Below, piece after piece: positions 17,587 to 27,688 of a stretch of DNA of 64,000 nucleotides. Numbering within the stretch: position 1 is the stretch's first letter; each line of letters opens with the position of its first letter. The position numbers were made by a program, and so were the translations under genes. This stretch comes from an uncultured delta proteobacterium (lineage in GTDB: Bacteria > Myxococcota_A > Polyangia > Fen-1088): positions 224,001 through 288,000 of the forward strand of contig CAVWIP010000001.1 of the NCBI GenBank assembly GCA_963755125.1. The letters are read 5' to 3'. Under the pieces are notes generated by a model. The model was not told the origin of the DNA. It searched no databases and was given only the letters and a program-made list of their open reading frames with translations.

Positions 17587-19146
17587 TCACGGCGATTCGG
17601 TGATCGGGACGCCGTTCTGGTCGCAGGAGTAGAACGAGTTGTAGTCGCCGACCGCCGTCAGTCCACCGCTGCTCCCCGTGACCCAGTCTTGCCACGCGCA
17701 CGAGGGCTTGCAGCAGTCCTGCATGGTCGTGGTTGAGAAGTGATTTCCATTGGCGGCAGTTGCCTTGAAAGCGGGATTGTTGGCGGCTTGAGCCGCGGTC
17801 GTGACCGTGGGGTCGACCTGGGGAAGTCCCTGCGGGGCCAGTTTGCACCCAGTGACCTGGGTGAGGTGGGTGGGGCATTCGACCTTCATGACATGAACAA
17901 ACCAGTTGAGATGGTAGTAGGTGTTGGGGTCATTCGATTTGATGCAGGAGTTGATGGTTTCGTTGGTCATCAGCGTCGAGTTCGAACTGGTCTGGTTGCA
18001 CGCAGCCGCGATGTCGTTCTGGCAAGCTGCCGACGAGAGCGAGGCCGTGGTCACCCACTGTATGGTCGTTTTGCAATCAGTGTAGGTTCCGGCGCCCTTG
18101 ATGCCACCCGATTGGCCGTTGTCTGGAAATGTCGTATACATGTACAGGCCGGCGGCATCTGTCATTGAGTAGTTGGGCCGACAGGCGTTGTTTCCGCCAT
18201 AACCACCGGCACCCATGAATACGTCAAAATCATCGGGTCCATTGGTTGCCGTGTTGAAACTTTGTACGATAAGCGGCGGCGGAATGGGGATGGCCGAGGG
18301 ACCGGTATTGCTCGCATTCACGTTGCACTGATTCTCCGCAGGGTAGTCGTAGACCAGTTGGTAACATTGGCAGCAGCTCGTCTTGTCGGAGCCATCAATA
18401 CCACCGGTGTCCCGGTCGTGGCCGACCACTGCGTAGTTGAAGGCCGTATTGCCATCGTCGATGGCGGCCTGGAGCATCTCGTCGCTGAACAACATCCAGC
18501 GCGGGCAGGCGAAGGTGATGTCGGCGCCTGGCTTGGACGAGGGGGTGTCCTGACAGGCGTTGACCGACGAGCACTTTCCACCACAGGCGGAACTGGCATC
18601 GTTCCAGGTGCAGTTCTGGACGAAAAATTGATTGTCGCACTGCTTGGGGGCCGGCAGTGCGTAGCTGAGCGGGGCTGGTCCTGCGTCGGCGGGAGTGCTG
18701 GAACTGCTGGCGCCCCCGGTTCTGCCGGAGCTTCCTGGGGCCGACGACCCACCGGCAACGGTCGTTCCACCAGCGAGCGAGGAACCGCCTTTGCTCGACG
18801 AGGTGGCAGTGCTGGTGGAGCCGCCGGTGTTGGTGGAGCCGCCGGTATTGGTGGAGCCACCCATAGAGGTGGTCCCTGAACCGCCGTTTCCTCCGGCGGC
18901 GGACGATACGCTTGCAGAGCCAGTGGAGCCGCCGTTTCCCGAAGAACCTTCGCTGCTGGTGTTTCCCCCCGCCGGTTTGGTTGTCGTCGATCCGCCATTG
19001 CCAGACCCAACGGCTGTCGTCTTGGCGCACGCCCCGGCGGCTAGCATCAACCCGCACAGACCCGTCGCCACTGTGAGCCGACAACGAATCGAAGGCTCAG
19101 ACTTGGGAGAGGAACGTGGCGGTCGTGTAGCCGGGGTCAAAGCCAT
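17587..19146 (-). CDS. Lipoprotein with Gly/Ser/Thr linker and a circularly permuted GH45-like glycoside hydrolase domain
   Basis: AGAC lipobox; CCQCYQL, LIVQSFNT, FDVFMGAGG and VECP.HL..VTGC come first, and TTTMQDCCKPSCAW sits at the C-terminus. Confidence 0.8.
   Translation of the reverse strand: MALTPATRPPRSSPKSEPSIRCRLTVATGLCGLMLAAGACAKTTAVGSGNGGSTTTKPAGGNTSSEGSSGNGGSTGSASVSSAAGGNGGSGTTSMGGSTNTGGSTNTGGSTSTATSSSKGGSSLAGGTTVAGGSSAPGSSGRTGGASSSSTPADAGPAPLSYALPAPKQCDNQFFVQNCTWNDASSACGGKCSSVNACQDTPSSKPGADITFACPRWMLFSDEMLQAAIDDGNTAFNYAVVGHDRDTGGIDGSDKTSCCQCYQLVYDYPAENQCNVNASNTGPSAIPIPPPLIVQSFNTATNGPDDFDVFMGAGGYGGNNACRPNYSMTDAAGLYMYTTFPDNGQSGGIKGAGTYTDCKTTIQWVTTASLSSAACQNDIAAACNQTSSNSTLMTNETINSCIKSNDPNTYYHLNWFVHVMKVECPTHLTQVTGCKLAPQGLPQVDPTVTTAAQAANNPAFKATAANGNHFSTTTMQDCCKPSCAWQDWVTGSSGGLTAVGDYNSFYSCDQNGVPITESP
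18812..18861. repeat. 18-bp tandem repeat encoding GGST(N/S)T x3 in the linker
   Basis: ggtggagccgccggtgtt / ggtggagccgccggtatt / ggtggagccacc. Confidence 0.75.
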
Positions 19147-19281
19147 GCGACCAGACTAGCGATCTCCAACGTATTTGGGAAGACACCACTCTGCTTGCCA
19201 TGGATTTGCGCAAGGCAGACCTACGCGGATTTCTTGCCCGTGGCTGTCGCTGTCAACGCCTGGGCGTTGAAACTGCGCAAC

Positions 19282-21354
19282 TCAAGACCGACGCGTCGAA
19301 CCGGGGGGACGCGATCGATGCCGACGGTGTCGCGGCTTGTTCATGGCAGGACGGGCTGTGCGGGCCTGATTGTGGTCAGGTGGAACCAGGCAATTCCGTC
19401 CGTGGCCGATGAGGTCTGGCCGGCCCAGATGAAGAAGCGCAGCGCGAATCTGCGGCCAGTTCTCGGAATCGTGGTAGCGCAGGAACGCTTTGTGCAACCG
19501 GCGTTGCTTCTCGCCGCGGGCCACGCAGACTTCCTCGCCGCCGCGTCGGTGCAGGGGACGCAAGGGGTTCTTGCCCGAATGGTACATGGCCGTGGCCATG
19601 GCCATGGGCGAGGGCAGAAAGGCCTGCACCTGATCGGGCCGGAAGTTGTTGCGCTTGCACCAGAGCGCGAGCGCCACCATGTCTCGCAGCGAGGTGCCCG
19701 GGTGCGCGGCAATGAAGTACGGGATGAGGTACTGCTCCTTGCCGGCCTGGCGCGAGAAGCGCTCGAACAGCACGCGAAACTCGTCGAACGCAGTGATGCC
19801 CGGCTTGCACATCTTGGCCAGCGGCCCGAGCTCGCTGTGCTCGGGGGCGACCTTGAGATAACCGCCGACATGGTGCCTGACCAACTCCTCGACGTAGGCG
19901 GGCGAGACCAGGGCCAGGTCGTAGCGCACGCCTGATCCGATGGTGATTTTCTTCACCCCCGCGGCCTGGCGCGCCCGCTGGTAGAGATCAATGAGCGGGC
20001 CGTGATTGGTGTCGAGATTGGGGCAGATGCCCGGGAAAAGACACGAGAGCCGGCGGCACGCGGCCTCGATCGCGGGGTCCTTGCACGTGAGCCGATACAT
20101 ATTGGCGGTCGGCCCGCCCAGATCGGAGATCACGCCCGTGAACCCCGGCGTCTTGTCGCGCACCGACGCTATTTCGCGCAAGATCGACGCAGGCGAGCGG
20201 CTCTGGATGATGCGGCCTTCGTGCTCGGTGAGCGAGCAGAAGGTGCAGCCGCCGAAGCATCCGCGCATGATGGCGATCGAGCACTTGATCATCTCGTAGG
20301 CCGGGATGCGCGAGTCGCCATAGCTCGGGTGGGGCCGGCGCGAAAACGGCAGATCGTAGACTGCGTCCAGTTCGGCCGTGGTCAGCGGTAGGGCCGGCGG
20401 GTTCACCCACAGGTCGCGGCTGCCGTGGCGTTGCACCAAGGCGCGCGCGTTGCCCGGGTTGGATTCGAGATGCACGATGCGCGAGGCGTGGGCGTAGAGG
20501 ACCGGATCCTCGGCCACCGCCTCGAAGCTGGGCAGGCGGACGACCTGGCCCTTGGACGCCCTGGCGCGACCGACGGTGGTAGCGTCGATCTCAGAATCCC
20601 GATCGGGTCGCGTGGCCTTGGCCGACAACGCGATCGCAGTGCCGCGCACGTCGGCGATCGCGGCGACCGGCTCGCCTGCGGCGAGGCGATGAGCGATCTC
20701 GACCACCTGGCGCTCGCCGTTGCCGTAGACCAGCAGGTCAGCCTTGCAATCGAGGAGCACTGAGCGCCGCACCTTGTCCGACCAGTAGTCATAGTGGGCG
20801 ACCCGGCGCAGGCTGGCCTCGATGCCGCCGATGACGATGGGCACGTCGGGAAAGGCTTCGCGGCAGCGCTGGGAGTAGACCGTGACCGCGCGTTCCGGTC
20901 GCAGGCCGGGCTTGGCGTCCGGCGCATACGCGTCGTCGCTGCGCGAACGTTTCTCCGCGGTGTACAGGTTCACCATCGAGTCCATGTTCCCGCCGGTCAC
21001 GCCGAACATGAGGGCCGGGCGGCCGAGCGAGGCGAACGCGGTGGCCGAGCGCCACTCGGGCTGGGCGATGATGCCGACGCGAAAGCCCTGTTCCTCCAGC
21101 ACGCGGCCGATCAGCGCCGCCCCGAAGCTCGGGTGATCGACGTAGGCGTCGCCGGTCACCAGGATGACGTCGCAGCATTCCCAGCCGAGCCGGTCCAGCT
21201 CGGCGCGCGACACGGGCAGGACCGGCGCCACGCCGAAGCGATGCGCCCAGTACTTGCGCCGCGCGAACAGGGTGGAGGGCAGTCGGCTGGGCGAGACAAT
21301 CTGCCAGCGGGCAGAAGCAGGCGACACAGGGTTTTTGCCAGTGGGCGTCGGCAT
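19282..21354 (-). CDS. ygiQ: YgiQ family radical SAM protein
   Basis: [47 protein letters not shown]. Confidence 0.93.
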   Translation of the reverse strand: MPTPTGKNPVSPASARWQIVSPSRLPSTLFARRKYWAHRFGVAPVLPVSRAELDRLGWECCDVILVTGDAYVDHPSFGAALIGRVLEEQGFRVGIIAQPEWRSATAFASLGRPALMFGVTGGNMDSMVNLYTAEKRSRSDDAYAPDAKPGLRPERAVTVYSQRCREAFPDVPIVIGGIEASLRRVAHYDYWSDKVRRSVLLDCKADLLVYGNGERQVVEIAHRLAAGEPVAAIADVRGTAIALSAKATRPDRDSEIDATTVGRARASKGQVVRLPSFEAVAEDPVLYAHASRIVHLESNPGNARALVQRHGSRDLWVNPPALPLTTAELDAVYDLPFSRRPHPSYGDSRIPAYEMIKCSIAIMRGCFGGCTFCSLTEHEGRIIQSRSPASILREIASVRDKTPGFTGVISDLGGPTANMYRLTCKDPAIEAACRRLSCLFPGICPNLDTNHGPLIDLYQRARQAAGVKKITIGSGVRYDLALVSPAYVEELVRHHVGGYLKVAPEHSELGPLAKMCKPGITAFDEFRVLFERFSRQAGKEQYLIPYFIAAHPGTSLRDMVALALWCKRNNFRPDQVQAFLPSPMAMATAMYHSGKNPLRPLHRRGGEEVCVARGEKQRRLHKAFLRYHDSENWPQIRAALLHLGRPDLIGHGRNCLVPPDHNQARTARPAMNKPRHRRHRSRPPGSTRRS

Positions 21355-21440
21355 GGGATGGCTACGCTGCCGATGAATCTGTCAGATTCGCGGGCCAAGT
21401 GCGAAGGGTCGCAGTTGCAGGGCTGCGGTATGATGGCCCC

Positions 21441-21521
21441 ATGGCCTCCACCACGGTCGGCGTGATTTCCGATACCCACGGCTTGCTTCGGCCCGAGGAA
21501 CTGATCGCGTTGGGGGAATAG
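21441..21521 (+). pseudogene. Metallophosphoesterase (YfcE/MJ0936-like) N-terminal remnant, 26 aa
   Basis: MASTTVGVISDTHGLLRPEELIALGE*; contains the SDTHG metal-binding motif, then stops. Confidence 0.7.
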
Positions 21522-21542
21522 GGGCTTTCGCTCGGCCAGGCT

Positions 21543-23690
21543 ATGGGGAAACGCAGGTCCGCACCGAGAAAAGGCACGCACGCCGCTGCTGACGGGGCGA
21601 AGGGCGTGGATGCGGCCGCCGCTAGCCAGTCGGCTACGCGGCTCCGGCTCGCTCCTTTTCTGGTGTTTCTCGCCCTGGCAGCGCTCTACATCGCGACCTT
21701 GAATCCATCGGTGGCGGGCGGCGATAGCGGTGAGATCACGGCCGCGGCGCTCACCGGCGGGGTTCCCCATCCCTCGGGCTATCCGCTGTTCGCGATGCTG
21801 GCGCGCTTCTTCGCCGCGCTACCGCTCGGGCACTCGCCTGCCTGGCGCGTGAACTTGCTTTCCGCTTTGTCGACCGCAGCGGCAGGCGGGTTGGTGTGCG
21901 CCGTGGTCCAGTCGTGGATCCGCAATACCTGGGCGGGGATTCTGGCAGCCGCGCTGTTTGGCGCGAATTCACTGGTCTGGTCGCATGCGACCAGCGCAGA
22001 GGTGTTCGGGCTCAATGCCATGTTCGTAGCCCTGGTTTTCACGCTGTGGTTGTGGGTCGAGCGCACGCTTTCTCGCCGCGCGGTATTTGCGCTGGTCTTT
22101 GCCAGCGGGCTTGGCATGTGCAACCACCACAGCCTTGTGTTCGTCGCGGCACCCTTGGTCATCCGGTCGCTTTGGGTGGCACGGCGCAATCTTGGCGCGA
22201 CGGGTGTGGCCATGGCTTGCGCACTTGGGCTGCTCGGATTGGCCCCGTACCTCTATTTGATGTCGGCCTCTACTTCAGCAGCGGCCGTTTCGTGGGGAGA
22301 TGAAAGCAGCATCGCCGGCCTGGTCGCCCATATCCTGCGCCGTGATTATGGAACTTTCGGCATGGGCCGGGCCGGTGCGCAAACCGTCTTCGTCGCGCAC
22401 GGCACGTTCTTCCCGACCCTCTGGCGCATGTGGGGATACGCGTTTCCTCGTCTTCTTTGGTTTGGTCCTGTCCTGGCTGTAACGGGTTTCTATCTCGGCG
22501 TGAAGAATCGCCCAACCCGCACCACGACCGTCATGCTTCTTCTCGTCCTCTGCTTCTACAGCCTGACCTTTTCTGCTCTGTCCAACCTGTCGACGCCAAG
22601 ACCGCACTTGCTGGCTGTGCTCGGCCGGTTCTGCATCGAATCCGATCTGCTGTTGGCGATTGCCGCCGGGGTTGGGTTTGCTGGTCTTTTGCAAAGACTG
22701 GGCGCGCGCGTTTCCTGGCCACGCCTGGCTCCTGTCGCGGTTGTGGCGGCGTTCGCGCTCGGCGTCGCTCTTCATGCGGGGCAAGCCAGCGGGCGCCACA
22801 ACACCGTGTATCGCGATTTCGTGACGACTGCGTTCGCGTCGCTTCCAGCCAATGCCCTCGTGATCACGGCGATGGGGGACGATGTCACGGGCGCTGTCTT
22901 CTATTTTCAAGAGGTGGAGCAACTCCGCACCGACGTTGTTCACCTGGATAGCGACTACCTGGCCATGTCCTGGTACATGGCACGGAGGCGGCGTCTTCAT
23001 CCTGATGTGTACCTGCCGCAAGGTGCTCATGGCTCAGGTGGCTGGACCCTCAAGCAACTGCTCGACGGTAATCCCCACCGGCCGGTCGTCGTCATCGGTC
23101 ATGTGGACGATTGGGACACAAGCTGGCAAGACGGATACAAGCTGGTCACCTACGGCTTGCTTCGCTGGCTGGTTCGGCCGGCCGAGTTTCCAACCTACGA
23201 GGAATGGGTCGAACGAGATCGTCAGGCCATCGGCACATACGACATTGCGCCGGCCCTGCGCGCGCCAGACGAGTCCTGGGAAAATGGTCTCGGTCGGCGG
23301 GTCATTGATTCGCAAGTCGGGCGCGCGCACCTCGCGCTTGTTTACAGCGACGAGCGCGGAGGTGCCTTGGAGCCCGCGCGTTATGCACTTCGCATTCTCG
23401 AGGAAGTCGTGGCCCAGTCTGGCGGCGACGGCGAGCTTGGCATCGCCGCGGCACCGGAAATGCGCAAGATCGAACCGGGTGCAGCCCTCTGGAAGAATCT
23501 TGGTCTGGCCTACCAAGTCCTGGCTCGCAGCGACGGCAGGTATGCTGCCCGCCTGGCCATTGCCTGCGCGAGGTTCGTCCAGCGAGCAAGAGCCGACGAT
23601 CCCGATCTACCGGCGGCGCGCAAGTACCTTGATGAGATGCGCGCGCCCCAGCGGGACGCCGTTCTCAATACTCAGCGAATCTCGCCGTAG
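21543..23690 (+). CDS. DUF2723 / TMEM260-like integral membrane glycosyltransferase
   Basis: GDSGE..GVPHPSGYPLF..RVNLLSA..AEVFGLN..NHH; multiple TM helices. Confidence 0.85.
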   Translation: MGKRRSAPRKGTHAAADGAKGVDAAAASQSATRLRLAPFLVFLALAALYIATLNPSVAGGDSGEITAAALTGGVPHPSGYPLFAMLARFFAALPLGHSPAWRVNLLSALSTAAAGGLVCAVVQSWIRNTWAGILAAALFGANSLVWSHATSAEVFGLNAMFVALVFTLWLWVERTLSRRAVFALVFASGLGMCNHHSLVFVAAPLVIRSLWVARRNLGATGVAMACALGLLGLAPYLYLMSASTSAAAVSWGDESSIAGLVAHILRRDYGTFGMGRAGAQTVFVAHGTFFPTLWRMWGYAFPRLLWFGPVLAVTGFYLGVKNRPTRTTTVMLLLVLCFYSLTFSALSNLSTPRPHLLAVLGRFCIESDLLLAIAAGVGFAGLLQRLGARVSWPRLAPVAVVAAFALGVALHAGQASGRHNTVYRDFVTTAFASLPANALVITAMGDDVTGAVFYFQEVEQLRTDVVHLDSDYLAMSWYMARRRRLHPDVYLPQGAHGSGGWTLKQLLDGNPHRPVVVIGHVDDWDTSWQDGYKLVTYGLLRWLVRPAEFPTYEEWVERDRQAIGTYDIAPALRAPDESWENGLGRRVIDSQVGRAHLALVYSDERGGALEPARYALRILEEVVAQSGGDGELGIAAAPEMRKIEPGAALWKNLGLAYQVLARSDGRYAARLAIACARFVQRARADDPDLPAARKYLDEMRAPQRDAVLNTQRISP

Positions 23691-24586
23691 ACCCCACGGT
23701 AGATCGCCTCGGCGGCTTCCAGCATGGCGGGGCCGGGCTCGTCTAGCAGCTCGGCGGGAAGCTCGACGATCCGGTCGGGCTCGTGGCAAGCGGGCAAGTG
23801 GTCGGCGCCAGGAAAGGCACAGACTGCGGCGGACATTCCCTGCTTGGTCACGATCAGGTCAGGCGCCAGGTCCAGCAACTGCTCAGCCGAGAACGCCGGC
23901 CAGTCGCGATAGCGGACCGCCGCGACATCGATCAAACCGCCTGCGGTCAGAACGTCGTGCAACGCAGTTCCGGTCGTGCCGCCCTGAACCTGATTGCCGA
24001 TTATCGACAGAAATAGAGCAGTCTTGCGCGGACGCCCTGCCAGCCCAGCGGCCACGCTGTTCATCCGCTGCACAAAGGTGCGCGCGAAGTTCCGGCCTCG
24101 CTCGGGCTGGCCCAGCAGTTCAGCCAAGGTCTTGGCCGTGCTGACCAGACTGCCGACTCCGCGAAGTTCGCCCAGGTCGAAGACCTCGATGCCAGCCGAA
24201 CGCAGCTTGGCCGACCGCCCGGGCGTGCCGAAGCTGTTGGTCAGCACCAGATCCGGCCCCAGCGCAATCAGCGCCTCGACCGGTCCGAAGCCGTCGACGA
24301 TCGGCTTGCCTGCATAGCGATATCCGTCCTGTGGCCGCTCGGCGGCGGCGCGACTGAACGCGAGGATGCGGTCGGGCTCGGCGAGTTCTAGCAGCAGGCG
24401 ATCGGTGACCAAATTGGTCGATACGATGCGCGTGTAGCGCCGCAACGGCACCGAGTGTAAAGCGGCATCGACGATACTTGCGCTGCCAGCCGCGCGACCT
24501 GCCCGGCCGTGGCCACTGCCAAGGTGAATGGTCAGTGCGATTGCCGCGGCCAGGGCGGAGGCATTGGCCATGGTCACGCGCTTCAT
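23672..24586 (-). CDS. Cobalamin ABC transporter substrate-binding protein (BtuF-like)
   Basis: RIVSTNLVTD, EALIALGPDLV, EQLLDLAPD, PGP; last gene of the riboswitch operon. Confidence 0.82.
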   Translation of the reverse strand: MKRVTMANASALAAAIALTIHLGSGHGRAGRAAGSASIVDAALHSVPLRRYTRIVSTNLVTDRLLLELAEPDRILAFSRAAAERPQDGYRYAGKPIVDGFGPVEALIALGPDLVLTNSFGTPGRSAKLRSAGIEVFDLGELRGVGSLVSTAKTLAELLGQPERGRNFARTFVQRMNSVAAGLAGRPRKTALFLSIIGNQVQGGTTGTALHDVLTAGGLIDVAAVRYRDWPAFSAEQLLDLAPDLIVTKQGMSAAVCAFPGADHLPACHEPDRIVELPAELLDEPGPAMLEAAEAIYRGVYGEIR

Positions 24587-25365
24587 GGCGCTGTGTCCTT
24601 CGGGGCCGGCATGCGATAGCCGAACTGGGCCGCGGGCACCATCTCGACGCCGTAGACCCGACGCACGGGCTCGGCCGAAATGACTTCTGCCGCTGGGCCC
24701 GCGGCGACCAGACGGCCGCCCGCGAGCAACAACGCCCGATCGCTCGTCTGAGCGGCTTCGTTGAGTTGATGGAGCGCGACCATGACCAGCGATCCGCGGC
24801 TCGCCAGGCCGCGCAGCAAGTGAAGCAGACCAAGCGCATGGGTAACGTCCAGCGCTGCCGTGGGCTCGTCGAGTAACAGCACGCGCGCCTGCGTAGCCAG
24901 GGCGCGCGCCAGCAGCACCAGTCGTCGCTCGCCATAGGACAGGCGACAGAACGCGCGGCCAGCCAGACGGCGCGTGTCGGTCAGTTCCATGGCGCGATCG
25001 ATGGCCGCATCGTCGCCGCGACCTGGCCGGCCCCAGACATCTCGATGGGCGAAGCGGCCGTGCGCCACCACGTCGCGCGCCGGCAGCGCCACATCCAGCG
25101 CCGAATGCTGGGGAACATAGGCCACAAGGCGCGCGCGTTCTGCTCGGCCAAGCCGGACCGCCTCGCGCCCGTCGAGCCGCAGCCCGCCCGAAAACGGAAG
25201 CAGGCCCGCCAGTGTCTTGAGCAGCGTGCTCTTGCCTGCGCCGTTGGGCCCCAGCAACGCCACAACCTGTCCTGCACCCAACGAAAAAGAAATCTCGTCG
25301 AGCAGCAAGTGATCTCCCCGTCGCACAGTGAGCCCCTGCGCCTCAACAAATGTCGCGTCAGCCAT
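24583..25365 (-). CDS. ABC transporter ATP-binding protein (BtuD/FecE-like)
   Basis: GPNGAGKST, LSYGE, LLLDEPT. Confidence 0.9.
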   Translation of the reverse strand: MADATFVEAQGLTVRRGDHLLLDEISFSLGAGQVVALLGPNGAGKSTLLKTLAGLLPFSGGLRLDGREAVRLGRAERARLVAYVPQHSALDVALPARDVVAHGRFAHRDVWGRPGRGDDAAIDRAMELTDTRRLAGRAFCRLSYGERRLVLLARALATQARVLLLDEPTAALDVTHALGLLHLLRGLASRGSLVMVALHQLNEAAQTSDRALLLAGGRLVAAGPAAEVISAEPVRRVYGVEMVPAAQFGYRMPAPKDTAP

Positions 25366-26344
25366 GGCTGACCTCGCGCTGCGAACGCGCCAGCAAGAAC
25401 AGGAACACGGGCGCCCCAATGATGCCGGTGATCACGCCCAGGGGCAGCTCGGACCGGCTGGGGAAGACGCGCGCGATGACGTCACAGGCGACGAGAAACG
25501 CGCCGCCCAGCAGGGCACAGGCCGGAATCAGGCGTCCATGGCGCACGCCCACCAGGGGCCGCAGGGTGTGCGGAACGATGAGACCCACGAATCCCACGTT
25601 GCCGCCCACGGCGATAGCGGCAGCGGCCAGCACCGCCACCCAGGTCACGGCCCAGCGTCGGGCGCGGCCCACCTCGACGCCCAATGTGGCGGCCTCGTCC
25701 TCGCCAGAAAGCAGCAGGTCGAGGTTGTCGCTCCACAGCCAGCAGGCAACCATGCCGATGCCGACCAGGGGCAGGGCCGCGAAAAGCTGGCGCGAGCTGA
25801 CGCCGCCCACGCCGCCCAAGGTGAAGGACACCACGGCCCGGCTCATGTCCCAGGAATCCTGCGCCAGGCTGGTGATGAAGCTGGACAGCGCGAGGAACAG
25901 CGACGACAGGATGAAGCCGGTGAGAATGAGAGTCAGCGTGCCGGTACGCTCGCGACAGAAGCTGAGCACGATGGCCAGCGACAGGCCCGCGCCCAAAAGA
26001 CAGCCTAGAGGCAACACCATCTCGGCGCTGACCGCCAAGCTAGCCAGGGGCGAGCCGGAAACGAGTGCCAACATGGCCAACTGTCCGCCCAGGCTGGCGC
26101 CCGCGGTCGTGCCGAGGATAGAAGGGCTGACCAGTGGGTCGCGAAACACGCCCTGGACCACGGCGCCGCCGGTGGCCAGGGCCGCGCCTGCCAGCAAGGC
26201 GGCCCCCACGCGCGTGGCGCGCAGGCCGAGCAGCGTCGAGCGCAGCGCGGGATCGGCGAGGCTGCCGTGCCCGACCAGCAAGGCCAGCGCCACCGCGCCG
26301 ATCAGCAGCGCGAGCAGGACCAGGTACGTGAGCGTGGTCTTCAT
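25358..26344 (-). CDS. ABC transporter permease (BtuC/FecCD family)
   Basis: QGVFRDPLVSPSILG, GEDEAATLGV, GFVGLIVPH, ELPLGVIT. Confidence 0.9.
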   Translation of the reverse strand: MKTTLTYLVLLALLIGAVALALLVGHGSLADPALRSTLLGLRATRVGAALLAGAALATGGAVVQGVFRDPLVSPSILGTTAGASLGGQLAMLALVSGSPLASLAVSAEMVLPLGCLLGAGLSLAIVLSFCRERTGTLTLILTGFILSSLFLALSSFITSLAQDSWDMSRAVVSFTLGGVGGVSSRQLFAALPLVGIGMVACWLWSDNLDLLLSGEDEAATLGVEVGRARRWAVTWVAVLAAAAIAVGGNVGFVGLIVPHTLRPLVGVRHGRLIPACALLGGAFLVACDVIARVFPSRSELPLGVITGIIGAPVFLFLLARSQREVSHG

Positions 26345-26347
26345 GGA

Positions 26348-27688
26348 TCAATACAATGCGAGAGTCCGCGGCAGCAGGCCCCTGGCGGGATCGCTGACCA
26401 GAGAAGGCATCTCGGCGGGTGGCCAGACACTCACGTCAAACACGTGCAACTTGGGCGATTGGGCATCGGCATCGCCCAGGAACACGCGCTGGGAATCCGG
26501 GTCAAAGGCCAGACCTCCCAGCACCCAGGCGCCGCTGGCGTCGAGCAGCTTTTGCGGCACGCCGCGGGTGAAATCGAACTGCCAGAATTGATCAGGTGGC
26601 GAACCCGTGACATCGCCGGGCACGATGGCAAAGGCGAGGGTGGAGCTTACCACGGCCAGATCGGTTCCTGAAAGCGGCCGGCCAAATGCAGCGGCCATCA
26701 GAGGCTGCACCGAAACGGGCGACACCGATGTATCGATGAGCGCCACGCCTGAGCCATTGATCTGATTGGCACCGTCGGAGAAGAACCCGGAGCAAACCAC
26801 AGCCAATGCTCCATCCTGTCCGGGCACCGGCACGATGGCGCTGCAGTCTTTGAAGCCGGGCAGATCGATGACCGAGCTGACCGTGTCGGTCGCGGGATCC
26901 ACGACGACCACGCGGCCTGGCCCGGCCTGGCTGACCAGGTCGGCGCTGAGGCTGTTGAGCGTGACGTAGATCTTGCCGCCTAGAGACTGGGCGCGGTCGG
27001 GGTTGGGATTGATGCCGGTGCCGCCCGTGGCGTAGGGGGAAAGGTCAATGCGGGACACAGCCTTGCCGAAGTCGAGATCCAGGATCAAGAGATCACCGCC
27101 TGCGTCGAGGCTAGACGGGTCCGCGCTCGGTTGGGGGTTGGTCGCATAGCGAGTCACGTAGAGCCTGTTGGGCGCGATTGCCACCACGTCGTGTGGGTTG
27201 GCCGCGAATCCAGTGCTGACGCTCACTTGCCGGGTTACCGTGCAGCTCGCGGGATCCACCCACACCAGGGCGTTGTTCCCTCGATCGATGAGGATCAGGG
27301 GATGGCCGGGCAGAGGCGCGCTGGGCAGCACCACGTCGCCGGACAGTGCCTCCGAGAGTTGCGGCGCGACGCTGCCAGAATTGAGGCAGTTGTCGTGCAC
27401 CAGCGTGGCGGTTGCAGGATCTACCAGCGACAGTAGCGACGAAGTGTAGTCGATGCTGCCGTGAATGACGGCCAGTCCATTGGGGGCAGAATCAGTCGCA
27501 ACCTCGGGTGCCGTGCCGCTGTCGGCCGCGCTGGCAGAATCGGTCGCGACGTCGGGTGTTGCGGCGACGTCAGCCGCGCAGGCCGCGTCCTGGGCGGGGC
27601 TGACGTTGCCGCTGCCGCAGGCGAGGCCGAATAGCGTGGGTAGCGAAAAGATCGAAGAGAGAGCGATGTGGCGAGATGTTTTGTTCAT
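26348..27688 (-). CDS. Beta-propeller (YncE-like) lipoprotein within the B12 uptake operon
   Basis: GLAC lipobox; repeated propeller-like strands (NPHDVV, LYVTRY, VVVVDPATDTV). Confidence 0.7.
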   Translation of the reverse strand: MNKTSRHIALSSIFSLPTLFGLACGSGNVSPAQDAACAADVAATPDVATDSASAADSGTAPEVATDSAPNGLAVIHGSIDYTSSLLSLVDPATATLVHDNCLNSGSVAPQLSEALSGDVVLPSAPLPGHPLILIDRGNNALVWVDPASCTVTRQVSVSTGFAANPHDVVAIAPNRLYVTRYATNPQPSADPSSLDAGGDLLILDLDFGKAVSRIDLSPYATGGTGINPNPDRAQSLGGKIYVTLNSLSADLVSQAGPGRVVVVDPATDTVSSVIDLPGFKDCSAIVPVPGQDGALAVVCSGFFSDGANQINGSGVALIDTSVSPVSVQPLMAAAFGRPLSGTDLAVVSSTLAFAIVPGDVTGSPPDQFWQFDFTRGVPQKLLDASGAWVLGGLAFDPDSQRVFLGDADAQSPKLHVFDVSVWPPAEMPSLVSDPARGLLPRTLALY

